Below are positions 36,736 through 49,450 of a stretch of DNA of 64,000 nucleotides, in pieces. The notes under the pieces are model-generated. The model had not been told where the DNA came from. It was given only the letters and a program-made list of their open reading frames with translations, and did not search any database. The position numbers and the translations under genes were made by a program. Source of the stretch: Octopus vulgaris (lineage: Eukaryota); NCBI GenBank assembly GCA_951406725.2, contig OX597824.1:33046001-33110000 (forward strand), written 5' to 3'. The first letter of the stretch is position 1. Every line of letters starts with the position of its first letter.

Positions 36736-38904
36736 GTTGGAGAGAGCTCCGCTTGAGTTGACCTCTTACTATTGAACTCTTCAAACAGAAGAGACTTACA
36801 CTAGAAATACTCTTTAAAACCTAAAGAGCTCCTCTACATCTCTCCAAGAATTATCTCTTCTCCCATAACCATCTAAACTTATCTTCCTATACAGCAGTCC
36901 ACACTTTTCTTTTTATCTCTTTTGGGAGTTATTATTAATACTTATAATAATGACGTTAGAATTTTACTAGATTCTTCATTAAATATTTCATTAGATATCA
37001 TGTTTTTTAGTGTGTTTCTATTTCTCTCGGTATATAACGATTATTAGAATTTGATGTTGAATATCTAAACGTATCTGTTCGATATTTGCAATTTAGTAGA
37101 CGTACCATCCCAGCAACAGGCAAAACTTAAAACTTCAAAACATCTGCCTCAACTAGTTATAAGAATATAACTTTTGAAGAGACGCCAGGAAAGTTGGCAA
37201 TTTTTCGAACAAGAACTTTCTGTTAGAAATTCATTTACTACGAATGAAAAATCTGCTATTCTTTGACTTGAGAACTTTTCATTCTATTCAGTTTGACTTC
37301 TGGCACATTTTCGCTTGGAATAGTTTCGCCAACATTGAAAACTTAATACATATTTAGGTGTTTGGTCTTAAACGGATAGCATTTTTTTTTTTTTTTTGCT
37401 TTTTTTCCTTTTGTTTTTAATACGTTGCAGTAAATATTTTCCAATCGGTGTAAAAGATTAACCATTTCAGGAACATTTTTGCCCGAAGACAATAATTTTT
37501 TCTATATATATTTCTTAATTTTAAGTTTCCTCCTCACAAACTATGAAATACTCTGGAATTCACATAGACTTTAATTTTTGTCTTCGTTTATTCCTTTTTT
37601 GTAAGCTATACTCTTCTAGAATATGGAAAATACGCCTTAATTTACAATAACAAAAAAAAAATGGAGATTAATGGTTAAAGATTTTACGTCAACTCCAAGT
37701 TCTACTAGTTTAGATATAATTAGTTATATTTAGTGTCTTTAGGGCAATTGTGTAGTTAAGCGTCGGATAAAATATGAGGAATTTAGTTACATTTTTCCCG
37801 TTTTCATTTCGAATTCACGAGGTCAACTTTGTCTTAAATCATTCTACAGTTGATAAAATCAGTGCAAGTCAGAAAATTCTGCTCAGTTATAATTTGAGAT
37901 TTTGACCTTATGTTAGAAATTTATACTGCAAGCACACAGAATATGACAAAGAGTATCTGCTGTCTTTAATCATCATCACCAATTTCTGTCCATTTTCCAT
38001 GCTTGCATTGGTTGGATGGTTTAAAAGGAGGTGCTAAAGGACTGCACCAAACTTTACTGTCTACTTTGGAATGGTTTCTATGGCTGGATGCCCTTCCTAA
38101 TTCCAACCATGCTACAGAGTATACTGCATGCTTATTGTTTGACACTGGCACTTATGAGGTCACCAGATAACTTGCAAGAAAGGAAGTCTTCAACTAAGGG
38201 GTTGTGGAGCAGCATTGAGGGAGAGGACTTTGGGCCAGTTGATAAGTGATTAATGTATGATAGAGGGGACAGAAACAGGTGTCTTACTGTTGAAGAGATA
38301 CCTGACAATCTCTGATGGGAAAGAGAGAGAAGATATGTTGGGACAGGCCTGCAAATAACAATTAGTAAACATAAATGTCTAAAGAAAACCTAAAGGCAGC
38401 AAAATGGCAGAGAAATGTAAGCCTGCCAGGCGAAATGCTTGGCATCATTTCGTCTCTTCTTAAATCCTGAGTTCAAAGTCTGCCAAGGTCAACTTTACCT
38501 TTCGTCCTATTGGAGTCGATAAAATAAATACCAGTTGAGATCTTGGTTGATGTAATCAACTTGCCTTCATCCTTGACCTTACTGGCCTTGTACCAAAATT
38601 TGATACCAAAGAAAACCTAAGGCAGTGAGTTGGCATAGTCATTAGCACACCTGGCAAAATGCTTAGCACCATTTTGTTCATCTTTATGTTCCGAGTTCAA
38701 ATTTCACTGAGGTTAACTTTACCTTTCATTTTTGGGGGGTTGATAAAATAAGTACCAGTTTAGTACTGGGGCTGATGTAATCAATTTATCCCCCTCCCTC
38801 TGAAATGGCTGGCTTTGTGCCAAAATTTGAAACTAATATCTGAAGAAAGGCAAATAACCAGCTATAAAGTGCCTTTATATATATATATATATATATATAA
38901 GGAT

Positions 38905-39270
38905 ATAATGAACTTATTGTATACAGTACTCAGGTGCACTACAACTCGTTAGTAACCAAAACTAAATGAACAGTTTGTAGAATATTCACAGGAAGTGACA
39001 GTGAATAAGTCATTAAAAAAAATAGGGATGTGAGGTATCAGATGTACTGTTGGCAAATTTCAGGAAGCATGAAAGTTTTGAAGGATGTAGTGTCTTAAAA
39101 GCTAACAACTGATGCAGGTAGTTTATTCCATACTTCAGAAATTCTGAGCATGAAAAAATGTTTCCAAAAGTTGTGGATAGCATGTTGTTTTTTGATTTTG
39201 ATGTAAGAGTCAAAAAGGTGAATCTTGTTGCATAAACTTTGGACATTTAAGAACATTAATTTGAATCGAG
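38905..39270 (-). mobile_element. CR1-type LINE 3' fragment (older copy)
   Basis: Diverged paralog of 60932-61519. Confidence 0.75.
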
Positions 39271-40126
39271 ATTTAAGCCTATCATGATGGTATGTAGAGA
39301 ATGGTGGATTGTTCTTATTTAGTTACTCGAAGTTTATCCATTGCTACCTGTTGTGAGGACACTAGCCACAGACCAGCTGGTATTTTTTTTTTCCATATCT
39401 GTCCATTGTCACATAGGCTAAAACTCTCATTTCGTGCCAAGTCACAATTCAAAGAAGCTACAGTACATAGCTTTGGGCATACATCAGGTGGTAAACCAGA
39501 ATGTGTTAAAAGTTAACAATGCAACCTCTTTTAGAGCAGCTCACTTTTGACCCATAATTACCATTATATTACATTTTCTTTAACAAGATCTCTTGTTATA
39601 GTTTATGCCTTTATATTAGGGCATATCAAATTTTGAGGCCACACCCCCAGCATGCCTAAAATTGTTTAGATTGCTTCAAGACTAACTATTGTGCTATTTG
39701 TATGTCATGAATCTATATTTCTGCCAATTCCTGTCTTTAACAGTTAATACATATCAACCACTAAATAAAACCAAAGATTCAAATACTAAGAACCTGTCGT
39801 CTCTGGTGATAAAAGAGGTATAAATGGACCCACATCATACAGCATGTTTTCTTGATACCTTACATATTTACCATTGTATTATATTTTCTTTGAGAGGTGG
39901 CAAGCTGGCAGAATTGTTAGCACGCCAGGTGAAATGTTTAGCAGTATTTCATCTGCCGCTATGTTCTGAGTTCGAATTCCGCTGAGGTCAACTTTGGCTT
40001 TCATCCTTTCGTAGTCAATGAGATAAGTACCAGTTACACACCTGGGCCGATGTAATTGACTAGACCCCTTCCCACCAAAATTTTCAAGGCTTTGTGCCTA
40101 GAGTAGAAATGATTATGTTTCCTAGA

Positions 40127-40470
40127 ATTGTGCGTGGCTCAGTGGTTAGGGTACTTGCCTCATACTCATATGGTCACTGAGTTTGATTTTTGGCAGCACA
40201 TTGTGTCCTTGGGCAAGATACTTCATTTCACATTGCTCCAGACCCTTCAGCTGGCAAAAATGAGTTGTACCTGTAATTCAAAATGGCCAGCCTTGTCATA
40301 TTCGGTATCACACTGAATAAGTGTGATACAGAATATGACAGAAGCTCCCAGTGAATTACATTAAGAGTATGCATGTTTGTTGAGTGCTCAGCTAGTTGCA
40401 TGTTAATTTCATGAGCAGGTTGTTCTGTTGATTGGATTAACTGGAACCCTCATTGTTATAACCAACAGTG
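40127..40470 (+). mobile_element. tRNA-derived SINE, head C' plus tail X
   Basis: GTGGCTCAGTGGTTAGGG...GTGTCCTTGGGCAAGATAC...GTACCTGTAATTCAAA; paralog at 54758-55080. Confidence 0.75.
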
Positions 40471-41171
40471 TCAGTTACTTTTTTACTCTTTTACTTGTTT
40501 TAATAATTTGACTGTGGCCATGCTGGAGCATCGCCTTTAGTCAAGCAAATCGACCCCAGGACTTATTCTTTATAAGCCCAGTACTTATTCTATCGGTCAC
40601 TTTTGCCAAACCGCTAAGTTACAGAGACATAAACACACCAGGTTTTGGTTGGCCCAAAACTATAGTAGAAGACACATGCTGAAGACAATTCAGTGGGATT
40701 GAACCAAGATCCAAGTGGCTGGAAAGCAAACTTCTTACCATGCAGCCATGCCTTCAGCTAATTTGACTTAATTAGAATATCAAATCTCACTTTAAACCTT
40801 TATGTAAATTAATAAGCATCTGTTAATTAATAACATTCTCACTGTGGCTTGTAACCACACACACACACAAATACACAAACACATACACACACCACTATAG
40901 ATGATAGGATTTCGTTCTTTCCTTTAATTTTGTCTCCCAAATTGTAGCAGAGCCTCCTGGCTTCTTGCCAAGTGGATCACTTATTAACTTAGAAGAATCT
41001 TCATATCCGCTACTCCTTAATGAAGATGGTTCTATTAGCGGCACTTCAGGTAAAAAGCAAAACAAATTTCTTAACTGCTGCCATTTCTGCAGCTCAGTAC
41101 CAATTTTTTGTTGAATTCATAACCAATAAACTAATATCTTTCTATAACCACAGCCAAGGTATTTTAGCCCT

Positions 41172-41390
41172 GGCAGAAACGTTAGCACGCTGGGCGAAAT
41201 GCGTAGCAGTATTTCGCCTGCCGTTACGTTCTGAGTTCAAATTCCGCCAAAGTTGACTTTGCCTTTCATCCTTTCGGGGTCGATTAAAGAAGTAACAGTA
41301 ATGCACTGGGATCAATATAATCGACTTAATCCGTCTGTCTGTCCTTGTTTGTTCTCTCTGTGTTTAGCCCCTTGTGGGTAGTAAAGAAAT
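41172..41390 (+). mobile_element. SINE family B with 15-bp TSD
   Basis: AGGTATTTTAGCCCT duplicated at about 41157 and 41391. Confidence 0.85.
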
Positions 41391-41719
41391 AGGTATTTTA
41401 GCCCTTTATTTCATACATTCCCACAAGATTCTCCTCATTAACTTGTATGATTTTGTCCACAGTACCAATGCTATGACCTTCCATTTCCTATTAATGAGTT
41501 TCTTCATTTCTAGAATAGATACTATGGCAGTGTGTTAAGAACTTTGCTTCCCAATTACATGGTTCTGGGTTCAGTCCAACTGCGTGGCACCTTGGGCAAA
41601 TGTCTTCAACTACAGCTTCAGGTTGACCAAAGCCTTGCGCATGGATTTGGTAGATGGAAACTGAAAGAAGCTTGTTGCACTGCCACATATCATTAGTTAT
41701 ATATATAAGAGGTATTGGT

Positions 41720-42356
41720 TATTTAGAAGACCCAAAGATGAAGGGATGTCCATAATATCCCAGAAACATCTGTAAGACTATATCTATATCTTTTCTTTAT
41801 GAATGTCCTGAGTGTCCATTCACCTTCCAACACAGCCTCATACTCAACACAGAGGCCTATATCAAGTGTCTGGAGGAGGTAATGCTACCCTGGGTCAAAA
41901 GGGGCTGCTGGAAGACCCTATGTCTGGCAAAAGGACTCTTCACCATGCCACACAAGCAAGAGAACCCAGTCATGGCTGTCAGACAATTTCTGCAACCACA
42001 CCACCCCTAACATCTGGCCACCTAACTCCCCAGACTGCAACCCTTTGATTATTATGTTTGGGTTGCAGTTGAGTGAGGGATCAACAAAACTCCTTGTAAC
42101 ACCAAAGATGAACTGAAGATGGATTATGGCAGCATTCACCAACTTAAACAAGGAGACCATCCAGAAGAGTTGTAGGAGATTCCAAAGTTGTCTGGAGATA
42201 GTGGTTGAAGCCAATGGCGATTTTATTGAATAAATTTACTCTTTAGTATTTCATGATATTCTTATGTAATTTCGGTAAATATATCTGTTAAAATGAGATG
42301 TCAGTGTTATTTTCAATTTTGCATAATTTAGACGACAATTTATTCACCACACCCTG
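41720..42356 (+). mobile_element. maT / DD37D Tc1-mariner transposon 3' remnant
   Basis: YVWQKDSSPCHTSKRTQSWLSDNFCNHTTPNIWPPNSPDCNP(L)DYYVW gives 37 residues between the second and third D once a 1-nt deletion is restored; right end CACCACACCCTG|TA. Confidence 0.85.
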
Positions 42357-42368
42357 TATATATATATA

Positions 42369-42780
42369 TACTAAGTGATTAAGGGTTCAGCAACGATTTG
42401 CCTCACCACATACCGAATTTAGAAATAGCAGTCAAAAAGTTTTGGCTATTCTTTCTAGCAATGACTTAATTCCGAAACGTGCATCTGTAGGTAACTTAAT
42501 ATAGAATGATTTTCGTCATTTCTTTCTCTTTTGCCTGCATCGTTTGTTTTTTAAGTGCTTTGGTTTTACTGGGATCTCCCTTTTAAATAGAAAGAATAGC
42601 CAAAACATTTTGACTGCTATTTCTAAATTCGGTATGTGGTGAGGCAAATCGTTGCTGAACCCTTAATCACTTAGTATTACTTAAACCTTCCTTGAATGGG
42701 TCTTTTACATGCCAAACCTCTACTTGGTGAAATTAATGATTATTTCTAAATTAATTAATTGGTTTCACCCTTTATTATTG
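42369..42780 (+). mobile_element. Penelope-like inverted pLTR fold-back
   Basis: Near-perfect arms of about 85 bp (42369-42455 and 42590-42676); hammerhead 3' half CCGAAACGTGCATC at about 42472-42485; right arm continues about 100 bp. Confidence 0.6.
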
Positions 42781-42808
42781 ATATATATATATATATATAT
42801 ATATTATA

Positions 42809-43160
42809 TCATCATCATCATCGTTTAACGTCCGCTTTCCATGCTAGCATGGGTTGGACGGTTCAACTGGGGTCTGGGGAGCCCGAAGGCTGCACCAGGC
42901 CAGTCAGATCTGGCAGTGTTTCTACAGCTGGATGCCCTTCCTAACGCCAACCACTCCGAGAGTGTAGTGGGTGATTTTATGTGCCACCGACATAGGTGCC
43001 AGACGAGGCTGGCGAACGGCCACGCTCGGATGGTGTTTTTTATGTGCCACCGACACAGGTGCCAGACGAGGCTGGCAGACAGCCACGCTCGGATGGTGTT
43101 TTTTATGTGCCACCGACACAGGTGCCAGACGAGGCTGGCGAACGGCCACGATCGGATGGG
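42809..43160 (-). mobile_element. Family D element with three 63-bp tandem repeats
   Basis: (CAT)n tail and family D box; repeated TTTTATGTGCCACCGACACAGGTGCCAGACGAGGCTGGC. Confidence 0.85.
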
Positions 43161-44069
43161 TCGGATGAATGTATGTTTGTCTTTGAATTGGAATTTTTTC
43201 CTAAGATTTCTAATGTCTTTTCTTCTGAATATTTTTTATTAAAAAATTCATATAGGTATGAAAGCTTGTATTGAAATAATCAGTATAGGACATAACTTAT
43301 TAAACAAAGTCCAACAATTTCATTCATATTTATGTAATGAAGATTAGATGTTAAATAATAATAATATTTTTAAGATGGATTATAGATTTTATTTTTCATA
43401 TTGCTAAACAATTGTTTCATACAAATGGACTCAGATATTCATAAATGGAAAATCATAATAGTCATACTTGTACTTCTCAGTAGTTATGAGAAAAACAAAA
43501 AAAAAAGATGTTTAAAGTACATAGGTTTTTTTCTTAGTTATCATTTTATGGGATTTATATATTTGTTCTTCCAGACTGGAAGATAATGCTGGTATTATCT
43601 TTATGTCTCATGTGCGCTTGTTAGAATAAATCTAGACTGCTTGATATCAAATTTTCTTTGTATAAAGAGTGATGTGTTAGAAATATCAGCTAATTCTGAA
43701 CAATGACGGGAAAATACCTTTCAAGGATAAAATTGTGAGTGAGCTATTTTTACAAATGAATAATATTTAGTTTCATACAAACAATGAATCGTGATACAAA
43801 ACAACATTGGGAACAACAAAATTACTATTTATCCAACAGAGAAGCTACATTCTTGACACAGTTATGTATGTGTGTGTGTGTGTAAATATGGTATTTAGCT
43901 ATGGAAAGCATTCACTATAGAATGTTGTAAGAAATAACACACATTTTTTTCATTTATTTATTCAATTATTGAGTCACTGCCAATAAAATTTCATGTAATA
44001 GAAGAACAATAATATATAGTCAATACTTTGCTGACATGTGTGTGTGTATACACATGAGGACAATTCCAT

Positions 44070-44682
44070 AAAGAAATGCTGAGCTCTAACAGCGGAGGGA
44101 ACCTGTGGAAGGGGTAGACCCAGGAGCGTGTGAGATGAAGTGGTGAGAAAGGATCTTCAGACGCTGGATCTCATTGAGGAAATGACAAGAGACCAGGAGT
44201 TGTGGTGATTTGTTGTACATGAGATTTGTCAAGCTAAGTAAAATTGCTGTCATCAATACATACAGGCGTTTCCTTTACAGGTGCTGGTGTCACACGAAAT
44301 GCTCTTTTGCTGATGCTGCAGTGCCACGTAAAAAGCGCCCAGCACCACACAAAATGCACCTGTGCTGGTGCTGCCAGTGGCACGTAAAAAGAAACTAGCA
44401 TTCTCTGTAAAGTGGTTGGCATTAGGAAGGGCATCCAGCCATAGAAGCCATGCCACAACAAACAAGTGGAGCTGGATAGCTCCCTGATTGGACAGCTCCC
44501 TGCCTGGACAGCTCCCTGATTGAACAGCTCTCTGCCTGGACAGCTCCCTGATTGGACAGCTCCCTGACTGAACAGCTCCCTGATTGGACAGCTCCCTGAT
44601 TGGACAGCTCTCCAGGTGGTCAGCTCCTGTAAAGCCATCCAACCCATGACAGCATGGAAAATGGATGTTAAATGATGATGAC
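44070..44682 (+). mobile_element. RTE 3' end containing a 16-bp tandem array (about 9 units, 44472-44612)
   Basis: EGTCGRGRPRSV motif followed by the 3' UTR; unit GGACAGCTCCCTGATT. Confidence 0.82.
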
Positions 44683-44711
44683 GACACACATATATATACA
44701 TTGTTATATTA

Positions 44712-44905
44712 TCTATTATATGAAATCCATTGTGTCTGTTTGTGTGTGTGTCTTCTAGTATCTCGGGCATCCTCCATCCAATTTCGCTCAAATTTGATAT
44801 ATCGATACCGACAGTATCAGGGCGTGTATAAGTCTTGAAAAAATTACAAAAATCGATTCCAGGTGAGAAAGTAATCGATAAAGCCGTGGGAACGTGCATT
44901 TGTTG
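44712..44905 (+). mobile_element. Helitron 5' fragment
   Basis: A|TCTATTATATGAAAT start, GTCTGTTTGTGT tract, CCAATTTCGCTCAAATTTG motif typical of non-autonomous Helitron 5' regions. Confidence 0.5.
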
Positions 44906-45224
44906 CTCTGGCCCCGATCTCACTTGTATGGTGCTCTTAGTGCTCCACTAGCATGAATGCCAGTCATCGAATTTGATTTCAATTTCGATTTCACTTGCCT
45001 CAACAAGTCTTCGCAAGCAGAGTTTAGTGTCCAATGAAGGAAAAGCACACATAAGTGGACTGGTTACACTCCTGGCATAGGCCACAAGGTTATGGTCTCA
45101 CTTGCGCTTGCTACATAGTTGGGAAACAAGTGTCTAAAACACACAGCCATGCTTAGGTTGAGGAAATCAAAACCAGCTTTTCTAGAATCTGAGGAGTCCC
45201 AAATAGAAATTAGAAAAGAGAATA

Positions 45225-45643
45225 GGCATAGGAGTGGCTGTGTGGTAAGTAGCTTGCTTACGAACCTCATGGTTCCGGGTTCAGTCCCACTGCGTGGCAC
45301 CTTGGGCAAGTGTCTTCTACTATAGCCTTGAGCCAACCAAAGCCTTGTAAGTGAATCTGGTAGACGGAAACTGAAAGAAGCCCGTTGTATATATGTATAC
45401 ATATATATGTATATATGTATATATGTATACATATATATTTGTTCGTCTGTGTTTGTCCCCGCAACATTGCTTGACAACCGATGTTGTTGTGTTTACGTCC
45501 CCAGAACTTAGTGGTTTGGCAAAAGAGACCGATAGAATAAGTACTAGGCTTACAAAGAATAAGTCCTGAGGTTAATTTGCTCAGCTAAAGATGGTGCTCC
45601 AGCATGGCCAAACTCACATGACTGAAACAAGTAAAAGAGTAAA
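45225..45643 (+). mobile_element. SINE family A (full length)
   Basis: Colinear with 9741-10182. Confidence 0.88.
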
Positions 45644-46363
45644 CCAATGTTCATAGATAAAATAGCAATGAAAACACTGGATGATACACTATTAAAATTC
45701 CTTTATTGTGTTGACAATTGTCACTATTTTTCTAGAGTTTGATACTTCTTTGTAGAATGGACAAATTTGCAAATTGCTCCAAATATTTGTAAAAGTGCTA
45801 GAACTCTCTGAATTAAGTTGGAGATATTTTAAGTGTGGAACAATATGGTGGTGTTTCATGGCATTAAGATATTTTAAGTGAAGGTAACTTGATGATGCTC
45901 AGGAAAGAAATTGTAACAAGAAGCTTTTCATAAGTGCAGGAGTGATGTTTGGTAAGAAGCTTGCTTCCCAACCACATGGTTCCGGGTTCAGTTCTACTGC
46001 ATAGCACCTTGGGCAAGTGCTTTCTACTATAGCCTCAGGTTGACTAAAGCCTTGTGAGTGGATTTGAAAGAAATCTGTTGTATATATGTATGTATATACA
46101 TATATACTCTCGGAGTGGTTGGCATTAGGAAGGGCATCCAGCTGTAGAAACTCTGCCAGATCAAGAGTGGAGCCTGGTGAAGACATCTGGTTCGCCAGCC
46201 CTCAGTCAAAATCATCCAACCCATGCTAGCATGGAAAGCGGTTGTCAAACGATGATGATGATGATGATGATATATATGTATATGGAAAAGGTGGTGCTCC
46301 ATCATGGCCACAGTCAAATGACTGAAACAAATAAAAGAATATGTATAATATATAAGTACCAGT

Positions 46364-46742
46364 GTAGTATGCGATCTACATACATGTTTCCAGTATAGCT
46401 TGCGATCTTCATTAGTTCAAATGGTATAGTTTGTGATCTTCACCAACTTTTTGATTTACTCGACTTCTGGTTGATTTGGTATATAAACCTAAAAAACTTT
46501 CATGATCTAAACTCTTTTAGTCCTGAGCCAATTGAAAGAAGTCATGATGAGAGCAAAAGAATTTTACACACAGATTATTCGGGATGAATTTCTCCGACGC
46601 TATGAACTCCTTGGTGAACATGGAGATATAAATATTTAATTAACTCCTCTAATTATAATTGCAAATTTATAATAAAATTTTGAATGTAGATCACAAGCTA
46701 GTCTAGATTTAAGTTGCTGTAGATCACATACTACTGTGACAC
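46364..46742. mobile_element. MITE with subterminal repeats
   Basis: GTAGTATGCGATCTACA and TGTAGATCACATACTAC are inverted; an inner pair TAGCTTGCGATCTTCATT and AATGTAGATCACAAGCTA is also inverted. Confidence 0.7.
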
Positions 46743-48244
46743 GGAGTGGTTGGCGTTAGGAAGGGCATCCAGCTGTAGAAACATTGCCAGATAAGACCGG
46801 AGCCTGGTGCAGCCTTCTGGCTTCTCAGATCCCCGGTCGAACCGTCCAACCCATGCTAGCATGGAGAACGGACGTTAAACGATGATGATGATGATGATGA
46901 TATATATATATATATATGGTGATATGTAAAAAGCACTGTCTGAACGTAGCTGAGGCCAGCGCCGCCTGACTGGCATCCATGCCAGTGACACGTATAAAGC
47001 ACCAACCGATCGTGGCCGTTTGCCAGCCTCTTCTGGCCCTTGTGCCGGTGGCACGTAAAAAGCACCCACTACACTCACGGAGTGGTTGGCGTTAGGAAGG
47101 GCATCCAGCTGTAGAAAACTTGCCAGATCAGACTGGAGCCTGGCACAGCCTCCTGGCTTCCCAGAACTCGGTTGAACCGTCCAACCCATGCTAGCATGGA
47201 AAACGGACGTTAAACGATGATGATGATGATAATATAAACACACTCACATACACATATATATATATATATTTGTGTGCCACATAAAAAGTACTAGTGTTGG
47301 TGTCACTTAAAAAGCACTTGTGGTGGTGCCACATAAAAGACACCCAGTACACTGTGTAGTGGTTATCAATAGGAAGGGCATCCAGCCATAGAAATCAAAT
47401 CAAAACACACTATGGAACTTGGTATGGCCCCTAGCTTTACCAGTTCCTGTCAAGCTATCCAACCCATGCCAGCATGGAAAACGGGCGTTAAATGATGATA
47501 GTAATGTGTGTCTGTGTTTGTCTCCCACCACTGTTTGACAACCAGTGCTGGTATGTTCGCTTCCTTGTAAGCAAGCGGTTCGTCAAAAGAATCGATAGAA
47601 TAAGTACCAGGCTTTAAAAAAAATAAATATTGGGGTTGATACATTCGACTAAAAATACTTCAAGACAGTGCCCCGGCACGACCGCAGTCAAATTACTGAA
47701 ACAATTTCATATACAGATGCAAATGCTAAGATTTCCTGTTGTTCTTATTTAGACCCAGGTCAGTCCTGAATGGAGGAAAAAGGAAAACCTACGAAGAAAA
47801 GTATTCTAGCCATTGTCATTCTATATTTTTACTCAGACACAATGTATCTAGGACTGCGTTATCAAATGTACTCATCTCTTTTAAGACTAGAATATGATTT
47901 GAGGGAGATTTGGCTGTTATTTCTCGCAGAATCAGTACTTAGAAGTACTTATCCATAATATATATATTTCTTTATTGCCCACAAGAGGCTAAACATAGAG
48001 TGGACAAACAAGGACAGACAACGGGATTAAGTCGATTACATCGACGCCAGTGCGAAACTGGTACTTAATTTATCGACCCCGAAAGTATGAAAGGAAAAGT
48101 CGACCTCGACGGAATTTGAACTCAGAACGTAACGACAGACGAAATACCGCTAAGCATTACACCCGGCGCGCTAACGTGTCTGCCAGCTCGCCGCCCTTAT
48201 CCACAATATATATTGACGACAGAAACAGTATTAATACACAGAGG

Positions 48245-48336
48245 TAATGTTTATCCACACCTAAACGTGGATTTTCTGTTAAAACAGTAAAGTTTGTCCT
48301 GATAGAATATCCACGTTTGAGCGGGGATAAATATTA
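48245..48336. repeat. Palindromic mini-element (about 33-bp arms)
   Basis: TAATGTTTATCCACACCTAAACGTGGATTTTCT versus AGAATATCCACGTTTGAGCGGGGATAAATATTA. Confidence 0.7.
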
Positions 48337-48479
48337 TCCATCATTATTTCATTATTTTGAAAGGTGATACAGCTGTATTAATTAATAAATACATCCATCA
48401 TATATCTTTCCTTTTCAAACATGAAAAGAAGTGATTTGAGAACAATCCAGCCGCTACTTCTAGCAAGTTTAATGATAAT

Positions 48480-48516
48480 CGACGATAATGATAACAACAA
48501 CAACAACAACAACAAC

Positions 48517-48596
<80 letters not shown>

Positions 48597-48600
48597 TATT
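48480..48600. repeat. (AAC)n(AAT)n microsatellite
   Basis: Directly visible. Confidence 0.95.
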
Positions 48601-48785
48601 ATGTCGATGTGAGAACTGTTGCTGCTCATGTATTTTAATTTAACTTAAAAAAAAAAATTTTTTTAATTTTAAATGAACGAACTATTGAGTTTGGTTTAAT
48701 GGCCTACCAATGTATACTATGAGTTTCTTTGCCCTAGGAGTCGGGAAGACACCCGGCAAGAAATGGAAGCAAATTTGAAAGAAGA

Positions 48786-48810
48786 AATAAAAATAATAAT
48801 AATAATATTA

Positions 48811-48845
<35 letters not shown>

Positions 48846-48859
48846 AATAATAATGATAT

Positions 48860-48893
<34 letters not shown>

Positions 48894-49010
48894 AATAATA
48901 ATGATAGTAATAATAATAATAATAATGATAATAATAATAATGATAATAATAATGAAATTATTGTATACAGTGCTCAGGTGCACCACAACTTGTCAAAAGT
49001 GCGTATAAAG
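48786..49010 (-). repeat. Expanded (AAT/GAT)n tail of a very short CR1 3' fragment
   Basis: The tract abuts GAAATTATTGTATACAGTGCTCAGGTGCACC, the same terminus as 51758 and 60932. Confidence 0.85.
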
Positions 49011-49377
49011 TGCGTTTAGTAATCGTTGACTCGTGAGTATCCTTAATTTTACCACGGATTCATAAACCGAATTTGATCCCAAAGCGTGAGATTTCGTCAA
49101 TTTATGAAACTATCTCGCGTATTACTTTACACTGCCAAGGAAACAACAGAACTGTTGAGTAAATGGCACAGTGCAAGGGAGAGAATCGTCTCAGGAAAAG
49201 CTAAGGAAACCTGTCAGGAAACGAACGGCTATAAATTAATATCTATGAACAAATTAATTTGTACAACGTTAGTAGAAGACTGGATTATTATCCCGTTATA
49301 AATCTGTTCATATATTGGATACTTTATACCGTTTTTTTACCATTTATTCCTTGGCAACTTTTTGAAAGTAAACTTAC

Positions 49378-49391
49378 CCCAGTTCAGTCAT
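49378..49391 (-). CDS. Putative alternative start micro-ORF (MTEL plus 2 nt) within a possible 37-nt exon 49378-49414
   Basis: tttcccttgtcag acceptor-like site, ATG at 49391, GG|GTAAGT donor at 49377-49372; same phase as the 36716 candidate. Confidence 0.22.
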
Positions 49392-49450
49392 TACAGTTTA
49401 TATATCTAATACATCTGACAAGGGAAATTTTAAATAATTTTTAAACATTT

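Larger units (their letters stand above)
32340..37800. promoter_or_regulatory. CpG-retaining (putatively unmethylated) promoter-like domain 1
   Basis: CG dinucleotides are visibly frequent, even within diverged SINE copies (32580-33010) whose paralogs elsewhere show TG/CA decay. Confidence 0.55.

Noticed and set aside
44234-44923. Longest ORF in the track (229 aa)
   Set aside because: Antisense read-through of a Helitron piece, a 16-bp tandem array and an RTE UTR.
48378-49008. Poly-Leu, poly-Asn and poly-Ile ORFs
   Set aside because: Translations of AAT/AAC microsatellites.
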